Below are positions 25,001-39,188 of a stretch of 64,000 nucleotides of DNA, piece by piece. Made by a program: the position numbers and the translations under genes. The notes under the pieces were generated by a model, which saw only the letters and a program-made list of their open reading frames with translations, did not search any database and had not been told where the DNA came from. How positions within the stretch are numbered: position 1 is the first letter of the stretch; each line of letters begins with the position of its first letter. Source of the stretch: Antedon mediterranea (taxonomy: Eukaryota; Animalia; Echinodermata); assembly GCF_964355755.1 (NCBI RefSeq), contig NC_092675.1, forward strand, positions 7,311,812 to 7,375,811, written 5' to 3'.

Positions 25001-28000
25001 TGCGCAGGATAGCTCAGACGTAAGAAATCGAGCCCATACCTTCTTCACACAAAGGCAATTATATTCTGTGCCATTTTGAAGTGTGCTGTTATTATGTGTA
25101 ATATATAATACATTTTTAAGGGTAGAGACGAATTATTATAAGTATAACAATAGGGTACAGTATGTCACCAAAAATGTAGTTGTTTGAAACTGTTAAACAA
25201 TGTGTAATGTTGTATAATTATGGCATAGATATTTATAAATTTAATAATCATTTTTTATATGTATTTTCATAACTGTTATATAATTTACGGTATAAAATAT
25301 AAATCAACACATGTTTAAAAAGATAATTATTTTCATAATGTAATAAAGAATTGAATATAGGAAATTCATTTATCTCATACGGTTGTTGTAGAATCAAAAA
25401 GTCGAAACTAATTTTTATCAGTTTGGACTATATTGTACTCTTTTTTTTAAATTGCAGTTTTAGGAATGTTAAATTCTTTGCTTAGTGGAAAACAGTTATC
25501 CGTTTCTGTAAGAAATAGAGTCAAAATTGTTAATTAATTTGTTAAATTTGCCTCATTAGAATACAGTATTATATGGTTTGTTGTTACCATAGTCTTGTGG
25601 AAATGTGTGTATGTTACAGAATATTTAATAAAATCAATGTAAACACAGTTTAGATGTTCTTTATAGATATCTGTTTTATTCATTAAATAATAAATTGTAT
25701 AATGTACTATACTGTTTTTTTTCCAAGAATTGGTTTGTGAAAATATAGTATGTCTACCAACTTGAGGATTGAATGTTTATATTTATTATATATATATATA
25801 TTTTTTATAACGTAGGCTACTTTATATCTTGGAAACCGCTAGTCACAGATACTTAATGATAGCGTCAAAATCTTTAGAATATATGTTTTTATATTCATTT
25901 TAGCGTAAAAGTTTGTCAAAAAATGAATGAAATGAAAATATTGTCCTTTGACCTTTTTTGGAGTTTTTGTTTTTGTTTTCTTCTTGTTTGTGGCAGTTTA
26001 TGGTGCGCCTAAAATGATTGAAATTACCTGCTTGCTTTAGGAGTCTCCTGTATCTAGACCGGAGCCCAGGTCTGCAGCGTGACTTTGCGTCCTACAGAAA
26101 TGATTCTCTACTTGACAATATTTTTTAATATTTTGTTTTTAGTTTTAAAGAGATTATTTAGAGGGTGGGTTTTTAATATTTATGACAAGTTCATAGTTGA
26201 TAAAACTAAGCCGTCAGACAGATAGACAGATAGATGCACTATTAGACTAAACAACGATGCCACATACATGACCAATGTGAGTACAGACAGTATCCCAACA
26301 TTCACTTCCAACATCAACATCAGTAGGTGAGAGGATGCATTCCCCGTATGGGTTATGTATCCTCTCACCACCAGAATCCTTCATCAACTACAGTCATCCT
26401 CCAAGCACAGGAACATAACACACAAGTATGCGCAGCATCAAAACAGTTCAAGACATTGAGATCCCTTCACCGTGCTTTCAACAAACACTGCATGTAGCCA
26501 AAGTAGGGTTACCTGCACCCTCTAGCAAACTATGCCAACAATGTTTTTTTTCTTCCTTATATCAATACAAATCAATCTTTTTCTTGTTGGCTGAAAACAA
26601 AATAAAGTATAAGTATCAAGTACCAAGTATAATCTTTATTCGTTCCCACAAGGAGAAAATTACATTGCTCGTCTTAAAATACATCATAATTACAATATTT
26701 ATAACAACACGAAACAATACCAATTTTAAAAACTCATAACAAGAACATATTGCACATGACATTGCACAGTAAACATACTACTCAGTAGATGTCATTTTAA
26801 CTAAAACTAAAAATTAATAAATTAACAATTCTAAATTCAGGTATTCCAATGTTTCTCTTTATTACAAGAAGCTGTTTGATGCAACATACATTATATTGAA
26901 TCTTTTTAATACAAATAAACAAAAATATGTAAATTAGTTGCATAGTAATCTTTATTCACAAACATATATTTAGGATACTAGTTTTAATTAAAATCACATG
27001 CGCACTGATGTAGTTTACTATGCAATGTTCATTCATTTATCTGCTTCTTAAATTATTAGTAAATCTAACAAAATGGAAGATGAGTAAATAACAATAATAT
27101 CCTTTATAATATTGCAAGAGTTTAAATTTGTTATTATAGCATAATGAATTGGGCAGTTTATACGTGTGGAGACGGCATGAATTTCCCTATCCATAAATTA
27201 AAAGTATACAGTACAAATCACCAACATTAGAGTTCAAGAATTGAGAAGTTTGATACGTCCATGTTTCCATTTTTCTTACCTCAGCCCCAACCATGATGGG
27301 ACCGAGGTGGTGCAGAAGACCCCTCACTTAACCGCCCCTACCATTGAAATTAAGTCGACCTATGTGTATATTTCAGATTAAAATATTTTGTTTAAAAATG
27401 TATTGTCCCTTGAAACACACACAAATTTAAATTGGCCATATCAAAATTATATTAAAGTTATTCACTTTAAGTCGAAAAGTTTATGTAATTAACAGGTAAA
27501 TTAATTTGATTACATTTCGTCTGGAAAATCATCGCCAGCGAAAGTAAACAAAGATTTCAAACCACGAGTATGCATTATGCATGATGCTAATAAGGATTGT
27601 TTACAACTCGTCACGGTTGAGAAGGTGTTTGCACACAGATCGCAAGAAAGTTTTATGATTGGGATATGCATAGAGAGTAGCCAAACAAGCGCGTTGCATT
27701 ATGTAAATTTATTTGGGTTTATTTATAATATTAAATAATTCAAGTGTTTGGAAGATCTTGGTAAATTTACCAAGCATTTTGAACCAATTTTTACTTTTTT
27801 TATCACATTTAGATATTAATTATGCTGTATTTTGTTATATCTAGGGTAGGGTAGTCTAGATCAAATTATCCTATAACAGTTGAGATATTTTCTCCTAAAT
27901 TAAATGCATACAAATCTGACCCAAATCTGACTATATGACATTAATTTTAACTCCTATTCATATTGGGTGTTACTTTGTCCAATATGTTATATATGACACC

Positions 28001-30723
28001 AAAATAACACTTAAATTATTTGATATTATAGATAAACCGAAATAAATGTACACTATTTAATATCCTCACTTTAGTAAAAAAATAATACAATATGCACATT
28101 TTAAACAAATTTAGCATCATATTACAGATTTCTAATACAAGTTAGGTAGCAATAGATAGAATATTATATGGACTTTCATTTCATACCAAATAGTTTTTCC
28201 AAACACTTAAATTAGTTAATACTATATAAATAAACATAACAATTACGCTACCAAATATTCATTTTTTGTATAATGATAATCAAAATATGCACATTTTCCA
28301 TACAAGTTGGGTATCAATGGGTAGCATATTGTGTATGTTTTCATTTGATACCATACAGTTGGTCAATTGGCATTTTAAAGAATAATTTAACCCGAAAATG
28401 TGTTTTTTGGTAATTTTTGGGTCAAAGGTCAAAAAGAGCATTTTTTCGCTAAAAGTTGTGTTAGACTGAACATAAATATGTATATTTTGAACAATTTGAC
28501 ACCAAAAGCAAATCTGTACGACAAGTGGTTGTCGAAATATAAGAACACATTTTTAACCTTTGACCCCGATTTTGGGCATGTTCGTCCCGGATAGCGAATT
28601 TTTGTTGTTCGTTGGGGTCAAATTATCCTAAAACAGTTGAGATATTCTCTCCTAAATTAAATGCATACAAATCTGACCCAGGTCCTAGACTAGTTGAGGT
28701 TGTTGAGAATTGCCTTTGTGACCTGATTACTAAATTTTTCTATGGTCATTTTCTTGATCAGTAAACATGATATGTCTTTGGGCACTTGTTCATTAGAGTG
28801 ATATTAATATGAGTGTATTTTGATATTAAGCAAAGACAACATTCGCTAGTTATTAAAAATGTAAGTGTGCTCCGCGCAAAAATGTTATACCAGCTTTAGG
28901 AATGTCAAAATAAGGTGTTTTTTAACATTGTGATTATTTGTCATATTAAAGCAAATATAAATATTATTTTAGGAGTAATTTGAGACTAAAATTATAATTT
29001 TCTGTCTAGTGGTTGCTGATATATTGATATGGCTATTTTCTTGACTAATGGTCAAAAATAAAGTTTCACGGTCATTTTTGGCAAAAGTTGTTCATTAAAG
29101 TGAATAGAAATATGTATCTTCTGATTATTTTGACACCAACTACGACCATATCCGCCCTACAATTTTTGAGATATTAAAAGTGTATTCTAAGCCAAAAATG
29201 TTCGGGCCGGCTATATGTCAAAGATAAAAATTAGGAGGTTTTTATAACATTAAATTAACTGTTATTACAATGAATTTGGTGATGGTTATTGTTTCGCTTG
29301 GTGATGATTCGTTGGCTTCGCAATGAACTGTCCATGATTTGACTTAACAATGGATCTTTTTACTTGACGATGAATCTTTTTACTTGACGATGAATCGTTT
29401 GACTTGACAATGAATAGTTTGAATCTATCTCAGTAACTCAGAAGGTCACTAAGCGCTTCCGTAGTATTTTTTATTGAAGTTATTATTAATATATAAACAT
29501 AATACGTTTTTACGACGTGATGAAGAGACTTAGGCATGTAGTTAACGTTTTTATGATTACATTATCAATTCTTAGTGAGATATTTTATCCTAAGATAAAT
29601 TTATATAATTAAGATATTGATATAATCAATGTGAATTTATGAATGACAAGCAACTATGATAGGATGTAGGCCTATCTGCAAGCTTTCTACATTCATGTAG
29701 CCCAACATATCTTTTGCATATGATACATCTAAAATGACATTATTATGTTTGATAGCACTTTAAAAATGAATTCACATACATACGGCTTAGACGGCCTGTT
29801 TTCTGATATAATGGAAAATCATGTCAGAAAATCGTCAGAAAACGGCACCGTCTTCCTCTCCGTTGAACGAAAGAAGTGTTCAATTTGGTTTCCACCATGC
29901 CAAGACGTAATGCAAGAAAAAATCGAGAACAAAATCGCGAAATATCACAAGTAGGTCTTTCTGCTCGATACTTATTGTTTGACGGGAAGTTCCTATGTAA
30001 TACTGTAGTCGACTTTCAGAGTCCATTAAGAAAACAAGGCCATATACGTGGCTGCAGTCGCGTGCTAAAATGTAAGTTAGTGTTTACCGACCAACAGACC
30101 GACCGACCAACATAGTGAGCTGTAGAGTCGCGTCTTTGTTCTAGTTCATTACATTTATAGAGCGAATCTCGCTTATTCGTGAAATAAACGCCACCAACAA
30201 AAAAGGCAGAAATAAATAAAGAAGAAATAACTACTAGATTTTAACTCGTCACCATACATTTGGTATTTGTTAGGCTAACGCAACACATTAAGAGAAACAA
30301 ACCTGTTATAAATAGCAAGTAAGGTTTTGTATTACTATCAATCGGCCACAAATTGCATTAAGATGCATTCATGTATTTATTTGGTAAAAATCAATTTCAT
30401 TAACATTAATCTAATTTCCGTTACAGAACATAGCACTTAATGGATACTCGAGATCTAAGAGAGAGAACTGCTACCTTATTGGCTGACGAAGATGAAATTA
30501 AAGTATCGTGACTATTCGGATACAATCTGGTACTAGACGATAAATTCGGTGATCTCTCTTAGCTTTTTTTTTTTTTCTATCTGTTCTTTTTATTCTCTAC
30601 TACTATCGTTTTTATACAAATTATTTAGCCTGTCAACTAAAAAAATACAAGTTTTGCTTGTAACTTTGTAGTTCACAGAAGAAATTTAACGGCGATTGAT
30701 AAAATAATTGCTTATTTTTTAAG

Positions 30724-33700
30724 ATGTCAACGTTTGAAGAAGAAATATATACTGAAACGTCAACTGTGTTTTCTGCTTTAGGAATCGGAACTTACAAATA
30801 TGAGAATGTTACCTACCTGAAGAGCAGAGATATGTCACTATATTCGAGCAATTCACTGAACGAAAACTACTATGACTACGACTCAAATGATGATGAAACA
30901 TTTTATCGTGTTCTCACATGGTGTGTTTACACGACAGTGTTTGTGACGGGATGTTGTGGAAACATTCTTGTGTTGTTTTTGATACATCGATGTCGCCAGT
31001 TGAAAGGTGTCCCAGCAATGCTACTGGTCAGTCTTGCTGTTGCTGATTTCCTAGTGTGTTTTATCATCGTACCAGCTGAGATGTACACGTTTTATGCTAC
31101 TGAGTTTCACTTGGGACCGTTTGTCTGCAAGTTTCTTACTTTACTGCACCAGTTGGTGTTCGCTTGTTCTTCGTTCACACTAACACTTATCAGCATTGAG
31201 AGGTAGGTATACTTCATATTTATTGTTACTGTGTTCTGTTTCCATACTGGTACAGTTCTTCAATTTTTGTAATTTTTTTTAAATTTTATTTTTTACGCAT
31301 CAACAGCAACAAACTCGCCAATTACATGATAGATAAACTATGCTTGTTTGGTCGTTTGTTAACATAATTAACACTAAAGTAGGTCTGTTTATAAATCCAT
31401 ATAAATATAACATGTAATATAATATTAATAAAAACCAAATGTTACAATTTTAATCAATGTGAATCAAATGTAGGCCTTGGTTAGTGCTACCTTTTATTTG
31501 ATTCAAATGACAGGAATCTATTTAGAAGTTATATAAACAAATAATGAATGTTTTATATTCATATAATGGAGAAATAATGGAATTTGGTAAATGATGAAAG
31601 GTTAAATATTAACTCGGCTTTTGAAAAACATGAAACATATTCAACGGGATATTGATCCAGTCAGCCATTGTTAATATACAAATAATGAATATTTACGAGT
31701 GTAATGGTACAAATAATGGTGTTATTTGTACCATTACACTCATAAACATTCATTATTTGTATATTATTGTAATATGATTACACAATGGCTGACTATATTA
31801 ATGTTCTGTTGTACATGTTTCCATAGTTAATCATGTCTTATTAAGGTTGTATGTTGTCAAATATCCCCTTCGTGCAAGATCTGTTATTACAACAAGACGT
31901 GCTCGGTTTGTTATTGCCGGAGTATGGCTGTCTGCGGCGTTATGCGCAGTACCAAACACATACAGGCAGGTAATGTCAATAATATTAAATCATATTTTTA
32001 AAATGAGATAATTTTGTTATTGTAATTATTATTACTAAGCATAAACCACCCTAGATAACTTTTCAATAATACCAATTCTTTAAATATACACCGATTTGTT
32101 TCAAAAAGGTAATCAATAGTCACTGTGCATTAAAAATATGGCATCAAATTTGCTACCGTACTGTACTGTTTTATCACAAATTACTACTTCGCTCGCTCCC
32201 ACTGTAGAAGTGTAGACGATGGTTCTCGAAATGAATGTTTTAGAAGGACGCTCTGGCCTGGACGTTTTCGGTCGGTTACCATTATTGAAATGTTTGATAT
32301 TCATAAAACTAAACCTACTACTAACCTGTTTCACTGTGTCTTAGATGATTGATAGTATTTTAACGTATAGTGTTTATTGTTTGGTAGGGCCCTTATAGGG
32401 TGGAGGTGGGGATGCGGAGTTAATTTGAGGGAGGTGCTTATTGGAGGGATACGTTTAATTTGTTAGTATTAATAATAATAATAATGGTAACATATATAAA
32501 TAAAATCTAGTAGATATACAAAGTGGTAAAAAAGAATAACAAATACTTGGTAAATTGTAGATAACAGTCTGATAAAATCTACAACAAATAGTATAATTGT
32601 GTTATAAATATAATACAATATTGTGTGTATAAATGTGGATGGGCGTTTAATAGATGGTTTGGGAGGGTGGGTATGGGGGTCGGCGATAATTATTTTAAGT
32701 GATGTTTTGTTTGGGAGGTGTTCCGGGCGTTTATTAAAATAAATACCATCGTAATTGGTATAATTAATACATTATTCCGCGACACAGTGGGCCGTTTTGC
32801 CAAAGATGGAAAACGTTTTAGACGGCTTGCAACATTGGCAGAAGTATCCCAGGTCCTAACAACACAGATAGCGCACATCAGTATACAGTCCTGACATCTT
32901 ACTCAACAACTCGGCTATCGGGGTTTCACTCTATTTCAAACAAAAGCTCTTATCATTTGTTCTCCCGATGCAATTGTATTGTATATACTTATTCCCCACA
33001 TTATATTCCTATGCTTTATGAATATATTTAATTTGATCTTTATTAATGTACTATACCGTACCTTCACACGCGCGGTCCGAAAATATATACATGGCTGCAG
33101 TCGCGTACACAAATTTGAGTTAGTGTTTACCGACCGACCGACCGACAGACCTACCGACAAACCGACCGCCATAGTGAGCTGTAGAGCCGCGCACGCGACT
33201 AAAAATGAAACTTTGGACACAAATTGCAAGAAAAGACCCTGCTGAACACCATTTTAATTATGCAAATTAAGCTACTTCCTAATATCCAAACATTTCATAA
33301 CGTTGATAGTTCTGTTCTGTATGGCCCAAAGAACCTATTTCATATAAAAAAACTTTCTTTGCCATTTAAAAATCTAAATCCCATGGACTACTTGTGCAGC
33401 GCATATTCGGGCTTCCGTACAAGCGTTTAAATCATTTTTTTTTTCTTTTTTATCGCTGTTTTCTTTCAATTCTCTGATGTATTTTCCATGCATTCTTTTA
33501 ATTTTCCATGCTGTTTTTCTTTCACATTATTACTACTACAATTATTATTATCTTTCTAAATAGATATATCAAAGGCATGTGTGGGACATACACAGTTGGG
33601 CAACGTGTAGCCCAAGCGTGATAGAACCTTGGAAAAAAATTAACGCCATGTTTGACTTCTTGGTAACATTTATCTTTCCTGTACTTATCATGGGAGTAGC

Positions 33701-36700
33701 TTACACAATTGGTACTGTCACTTTATGCAAGAGCACTAGAAAGAGTAAACGGTTACAAGGTATAAAGATGTCAAATAACGTGATCCGTGAGTCTGCAGAG
33801 CGACAACAGGCTGACAAAAACCAGGTATAACTCGTAACAGTCATAACTGAGTAACAATACTCGGTAACTATTTCCTAAACATCTCTCTTCAAAATAAACA
33901 ATATTTACTTTTCATTAAAAAAAAATCCGTAGGGTAGAGCTGTGAGTACTCAAAACAGAGCATTACCCGTATGACTGAACAGCTGACAATAGTATATTTA
34001 TAACCATCGTGGCGTCATTCATATGCATATCTATATATAAATTTACGTAAGGGCAAAATTCGGTAAATCGCGCGTTACTTCTAGAATGTTTACTCGATGG
34101 TATATAAAGTTGGTTCGTACTGTCGGTACTGATTTTAACCACCTAATGTAACCCTGTTTTTAATTAAATTGAGTTAGATAATTAGTTATTGACAGTTGAA
34201 ACGAATTTAGGTTCAACGAATTGCCCCGATCGCGGTATACACTGTCTAATGGATGTCCATCTTGAAAAATACCCGCCCACAATAATACTAGGATGCTTCG
34301 CATTTACCTATCTCCTTCTGCGATAATTGTTTTTAACTAGAGGGTGAGCTTGTTCCTCCTCTAGGATGTGTAGACGATTTTTCTCGTAATGATAATGACT
34401 CGGTTAAAAAGATTTTAGAAGGACGTTCTCCTTGTACTTTTTCTGTCGGTTACCATTATTGAAATGCTTGATAAAAACTACTATGTTTCACAGTGTCTTA
34501 GATGTCTAATAAAATTTTAAAGTATAGTGTTTATTGTTTGATAGGGCCTTTATAGGGCGGAGGTGGGGAGGTGGAGTTAATTTGAGGGAGTTGCTTATTC
34601 GAGGGATATGATTAATTTTTAGTTTTAATAATATGGTAACATTTAGCCTATAATCAAATAAAATCCTCTAATAGATAATTATGAAAAGTGGTAAAAAAGA
34701 ATAAAAAATACTTGGTAAATAGTGCGATGAATTCTACCACAAATAGTATGTGTTATTATGAATTTAGGCCTAATACAAAATTTGTGTATAAATGTGGACG
34801 GGCGTTTGTTAGAATGTGGGGTTTGGAGGTGGGGGCGATTATTATTCAAAGTGATGTTTCGGCCCAAGAAGGAAGTCGTTTTAGACCGCTTGCATCATGG
34901 GCAGAGGTATCCCGGTCCTAACGGGACACAGATAGCCCACATTTATTCTTGCCAGCATACTCAATAAAACTCGTCTATCGGGATCTCGTTTGATTATCAG
35001 ATCTCCCTATGTAATTTTATAATACTATTCCCCACAATATACTCCGATGTTTTATGGCGTATATTTAATTTGATCTTTGTTAATTTGCAGTATAATTTTT
35101 ATATTTTAACTACTGTACCTTCACACGCGCGGTCCGATCCGAAAATAAACAAAAAACTAAAATGGCTATAGCCACTAACGGCCAACTTAGTTGAAACCGG
35201 AAAGTTACAAGAACCCGTGAACTCATCGTGAACCCGGAAATTACTTATGACCGCGTACAATTGAAATTAAATTTAAATCAGAATTTTTTTTATAAAACCC
35301 AAGGTATCCAAGGCAGAGATTTGGCCTGAAGTTTTTTTTCATTGTGCTCGCCTATGTCAGAATTAACCATAATTTATATATAGATACCTGAAAATCGGTT
35401 GAACAGTTCGAGTACAGCATCATAATGTTGAAGACATGCCGATTTTCTTTAAAAAATACTATTTTGATTGATTTAATATACGTTTATATAAATGTATTGA
35501 TTTGCGATGAATAGAACATTCCAATCTCTCATTCTCTCCCAATATAATTGTTTGGTACATTTATAGGCCCTTGAGAGATCAACTTAAAACCTTTAGATAT
35601 AGTATTGCAATACTTTGACAACACTCTAAATACGTATTAACCATTTTTTGTCCCCATTTCTTACTGTGAGGGTACTGTTAGAAATAAACACATATACAAA
35701 TAAATGTATTACTGTGAGTGTGGGTACTGTTAGATATATAAACACAAAATATACAAATGAACTTAATTACTGACAGTTGCTTCTCAACGTTTGTATTAAT
35801 TTAGGTGTTTGTATAGCGCCAGTATCAACTAAACCGAAGTAAAAATCAAAGGCGCTTATTAGATGTTAAAAAGATGCATTGTAAGTTCTTTAAAAAAAAT
35901 AGCAATAAATGTTGATTTGGTAATATGTCGAAGGAAAGAATTCCAAAAAGAAGCAGCAGATAACATAAAAGACCTTTGTCCATAGGTATTTTTTCTATAA
36001 CAACCAGTAGGATTTGATCAGCCAAACTAAGACAAGCAAGAGGAGTGTAGGAGGGAAGAAGGTCAAGAAGATAAGTAGGTTGTTTAAGAATTAGCGCTTT
36101 AAATGTTAGTAAAAGGATCTTATATTTTATACGGGAGTCAATAAGTACCCAATGGAGGTTATATATAATAGGAGATATGTGTAAGGATCTTCTAGTAAGT
36201 GTTTTTGTGCAGCAGTTTTCTGGAGACGTTGAAGTCGATTCATCAAAGATCTTGGTAGGACAAAGAAAAGGGTCAAGGCGAGAAGTGACAGAGGCATTTA
36301 TTATTGTAGCGTCAACTTGAGAGAACGAAGCTTATTGTATTAACCTACTAAAAGACAAGGTGACCAGTTAGCTCAATCGACTGAGCGTCATGTTAAGAAC
36401 ATAATGTCGAATCCCACGCTGATTTTGGAGTTAAGGCTATGCGAGCTAGTGTTTGAGGTTCACATAATTGTACGTCTCCCTTTCCACCACATCATGAGGC
36501 AGCAATATCAATGCATCTGATTTCATGGAAACGACCCAAATGCTGTGGCAGGGCTTTAGTGCTGAGGCAGGGACAGCACACCAATAACATCTTTTTTTTA
36601 TTCTTTTTTTTGGCTTATGCCACCTCCTTCGATCTAGTAAATTGTATGTTTAGCGCCCTCAAGTTTAGAACACCTGCGTTGTTACGTCAGAAGATTATAA

Positions 36701-39188
36701 ACAAATATCCCCGAAACCTCGACTAAGAAATACCGGAATGGTGTCCGGCGGGGGATAGTTTATTACCATTAGTTAGGGTCTAATGTAAAGCACATAGAGG
36801 GGTCAGTGATCCATTAGGCGCTATATAAATATTGTTTATTATTATTATTAGTGGTGGTATTATTATTATTATTATTATATAGAACATGTGTAAAGATGCA
36901 GATGTCTATATCAACTTCGGAGTTAGCTTTATCCGCCGTCGGGCTAGGCTAGGCATATGAAGCCGAGTTTTTAAAGTACAGAGCCCCAACTAAAACTTTG
37001 AACCACATCTGGATATTAAATTAAGACAGCAATAATAATACGCCTGTGATTCCCCTTATTCAACGATTATTTTTATACTTGTACTGCTTTATTTTTACTG
37101 CAGTGTTTAAGACAGGCTCTAATCTCTTTCATCTTCAGATAATGTTCCTGTTTCTTCGTGGATTTGTTTAATGGATTCGTTGTATAGGATTGGTACTACG
37201 GTTTCCCAGGACTTTTTCCATTGTAACATCCTCTATCGTTGGCTGTTTGCTCTTAGCTTTACCAATATGTTTCTTCTTGTTACATCGTTTATATCTCTAT
37301 GCAGTTCGACTATTTGGTTGTACTGTGGCATTTTCAATTTCCTTATTTTCAACTTTTCTATTGCATTTTTTTTTTGTTTACAATTGCTACATTATATAAT
37401 CACTACTACAAATCCTTCGTTCCTAATTCTATTTTCATATAATTCGTCTTTTTGTCTAACTGTATCTCGATCTTCCTATATATTTATGGAGACACTTGTT
37501 TTGAGAAATAGTCAATTTAGTAGATTCATTTTGTGTTAGCTTTTTTGAAAATTGAGGTTGATGGTTTTCTTTGTTATTAAGTTCTTTAAACTTAAAAATC
37601 TATTACGATTACTGTTTTTGTGAAATGTATGTCTAGGAATGTTAGGGCATACCAGCAATATATAACATAACCAACTCGCGATGGTAAAACAATGATCTTT
37701 GCTATGGTACAATTCGTGATATGTGATGCATCAATTGCTATATATCCCGCCTCTTGGAACGTCGGACCACAATTCTATACGGTTACTTTTTATACTCCTC
37801 TTGTTCAGCGGAGCAAAGACAGTTAAGACAGTTTTTGTACAGAAGATGGTATTGAAACCATAAGCAGGTGCACAATTCATCGCCGGTTCTCATGAATTAG
37901 TAATTCCGCGTACTAACTGTGTTGAACAGGTAATTCCATCGAAACAAATAACTGTTTTTTCCAAAAAGCCATGGATCACTAACAAACTTTACTTACAGAC
38001 TTTTATTAACAAAAAGATGCGTTTATTTTTTACCGGAAATAGATATGAAAATAAATCAATGAACAGGGAAGTAAGACGTGCCATTCGCGTAGTTAAAGCA
38101 AATTTAAGGAGTAAAATAGAAGAAACCTTTGGAAGCTTAAGAATGCTTGCCAAGGTATATTTTAACAAATATGGCTTCTATAGTTTTTTTTAATAGAGTT
38201 ATAATCAAGAAATACATATTGATAAAAACTGATTTTTTATTCAAGATTTGAAATTAAAATCAGTTGAAATGAAATAAGACTGAGCCAAGTTCCCCAAAAT
38301 AATAGTATAGAAAAAAATACAAATATAAATATTGAAAAAAAAATGACATAAATATGTTTTTAAAGAAAATATATGTTAATACGAGTTATATGATCCCGAT
38401 CAAGTTGAGGATAAAATGTTTTGTGCGGATCAACTATTATGTGATGTTCTTCAACACTTCTCAGTCTTTGCTTGCATGATACACCGAAACTATTGAAAAA
38501 TCCAATATAATTCCAGTACCCAAAAACAATAGTTTTACTAAGTAATTAAACGACTTAAGACCAGTTGCTCTTAAATCTTTATTAATGAAGAAAACAAGAA
38601 AAATATACTGTACGTAGTGTGGGTTTTATATATTATTCTTTTTTAGGCTATAATCGTATTCGAGTGTTTTTGAAACACATATAAATAAAACTGAAAAATA
38701 ACTACCTCTTTCTACTGCACCAATCCTATTTATATCCCATCATTTCTTGATAAATCTTGCCATTTAGAATTAAAATATTTAAAATATGAACATAAATTTC
38801 CATGTCACTGACTTAAAAACGTTTCTTTGTTGTTTTTTTTTTAACTCAGGCAATCCTAATGCTCTTCATCGTAGTATTGCTGTACATTTTAACATGGGGA
38901 CCTTTCATGATATTTCAACTTCTGGGCAGGTTCGACGTCATCAACGTAACATATGAAGGACACATGAGGCTTACATACACATTGACGAGAATGTTAGGTA
39001 TAGGGAATAGTTGTATGAATCCATTCCTCTATGTTTTCATGTCAAAAGGTTTCCGGTCGTCTATCAATACCACATTGTGCTGTACCAAAACCACGGATGT
39101 CATTACACACAACATTGGGCACAGTGTGTCTGGTGGCTTAAACTCCTCTAGGACTGTTACTAGTCGCTACATCATATCAGAGGTATAA
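30724..39188 (+). CDS. Class A peptide-receptor-like GPCR, copy 3 (diverged paralogue); 400 aa
   Basis: Exons 30724-31202, 31846-31969, 33564-33824, 38850-39188 with the same splice sites and phases; open throughout; NSCMNPFLY. Confidence 0.92.
34337..35384 (-). mobile_element. Non-autonomous Helitron in copy 3 intron 3
   Basis: Minus strand starts TC (TCTATATATAAATT), ends CTAG after an imperfect hairpin, inserted between A and T with no TSD; empty site TTTTTAA|TAGCTG at ~3615-3627. Confidence 0.8.

Larger units (their letters stand above)
1..25062 (+). repeat. Near-identical tandem segmental duplication, period 13,847 bp (1-11215 matches 13848-25062)
   Basis: Constant 13,847 offset for every ORF in the track. 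Differences spotted by eye: 6876G/20723A and 8062T/21909A. Identity ends at 11216/25063. Confidence 0.96.
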
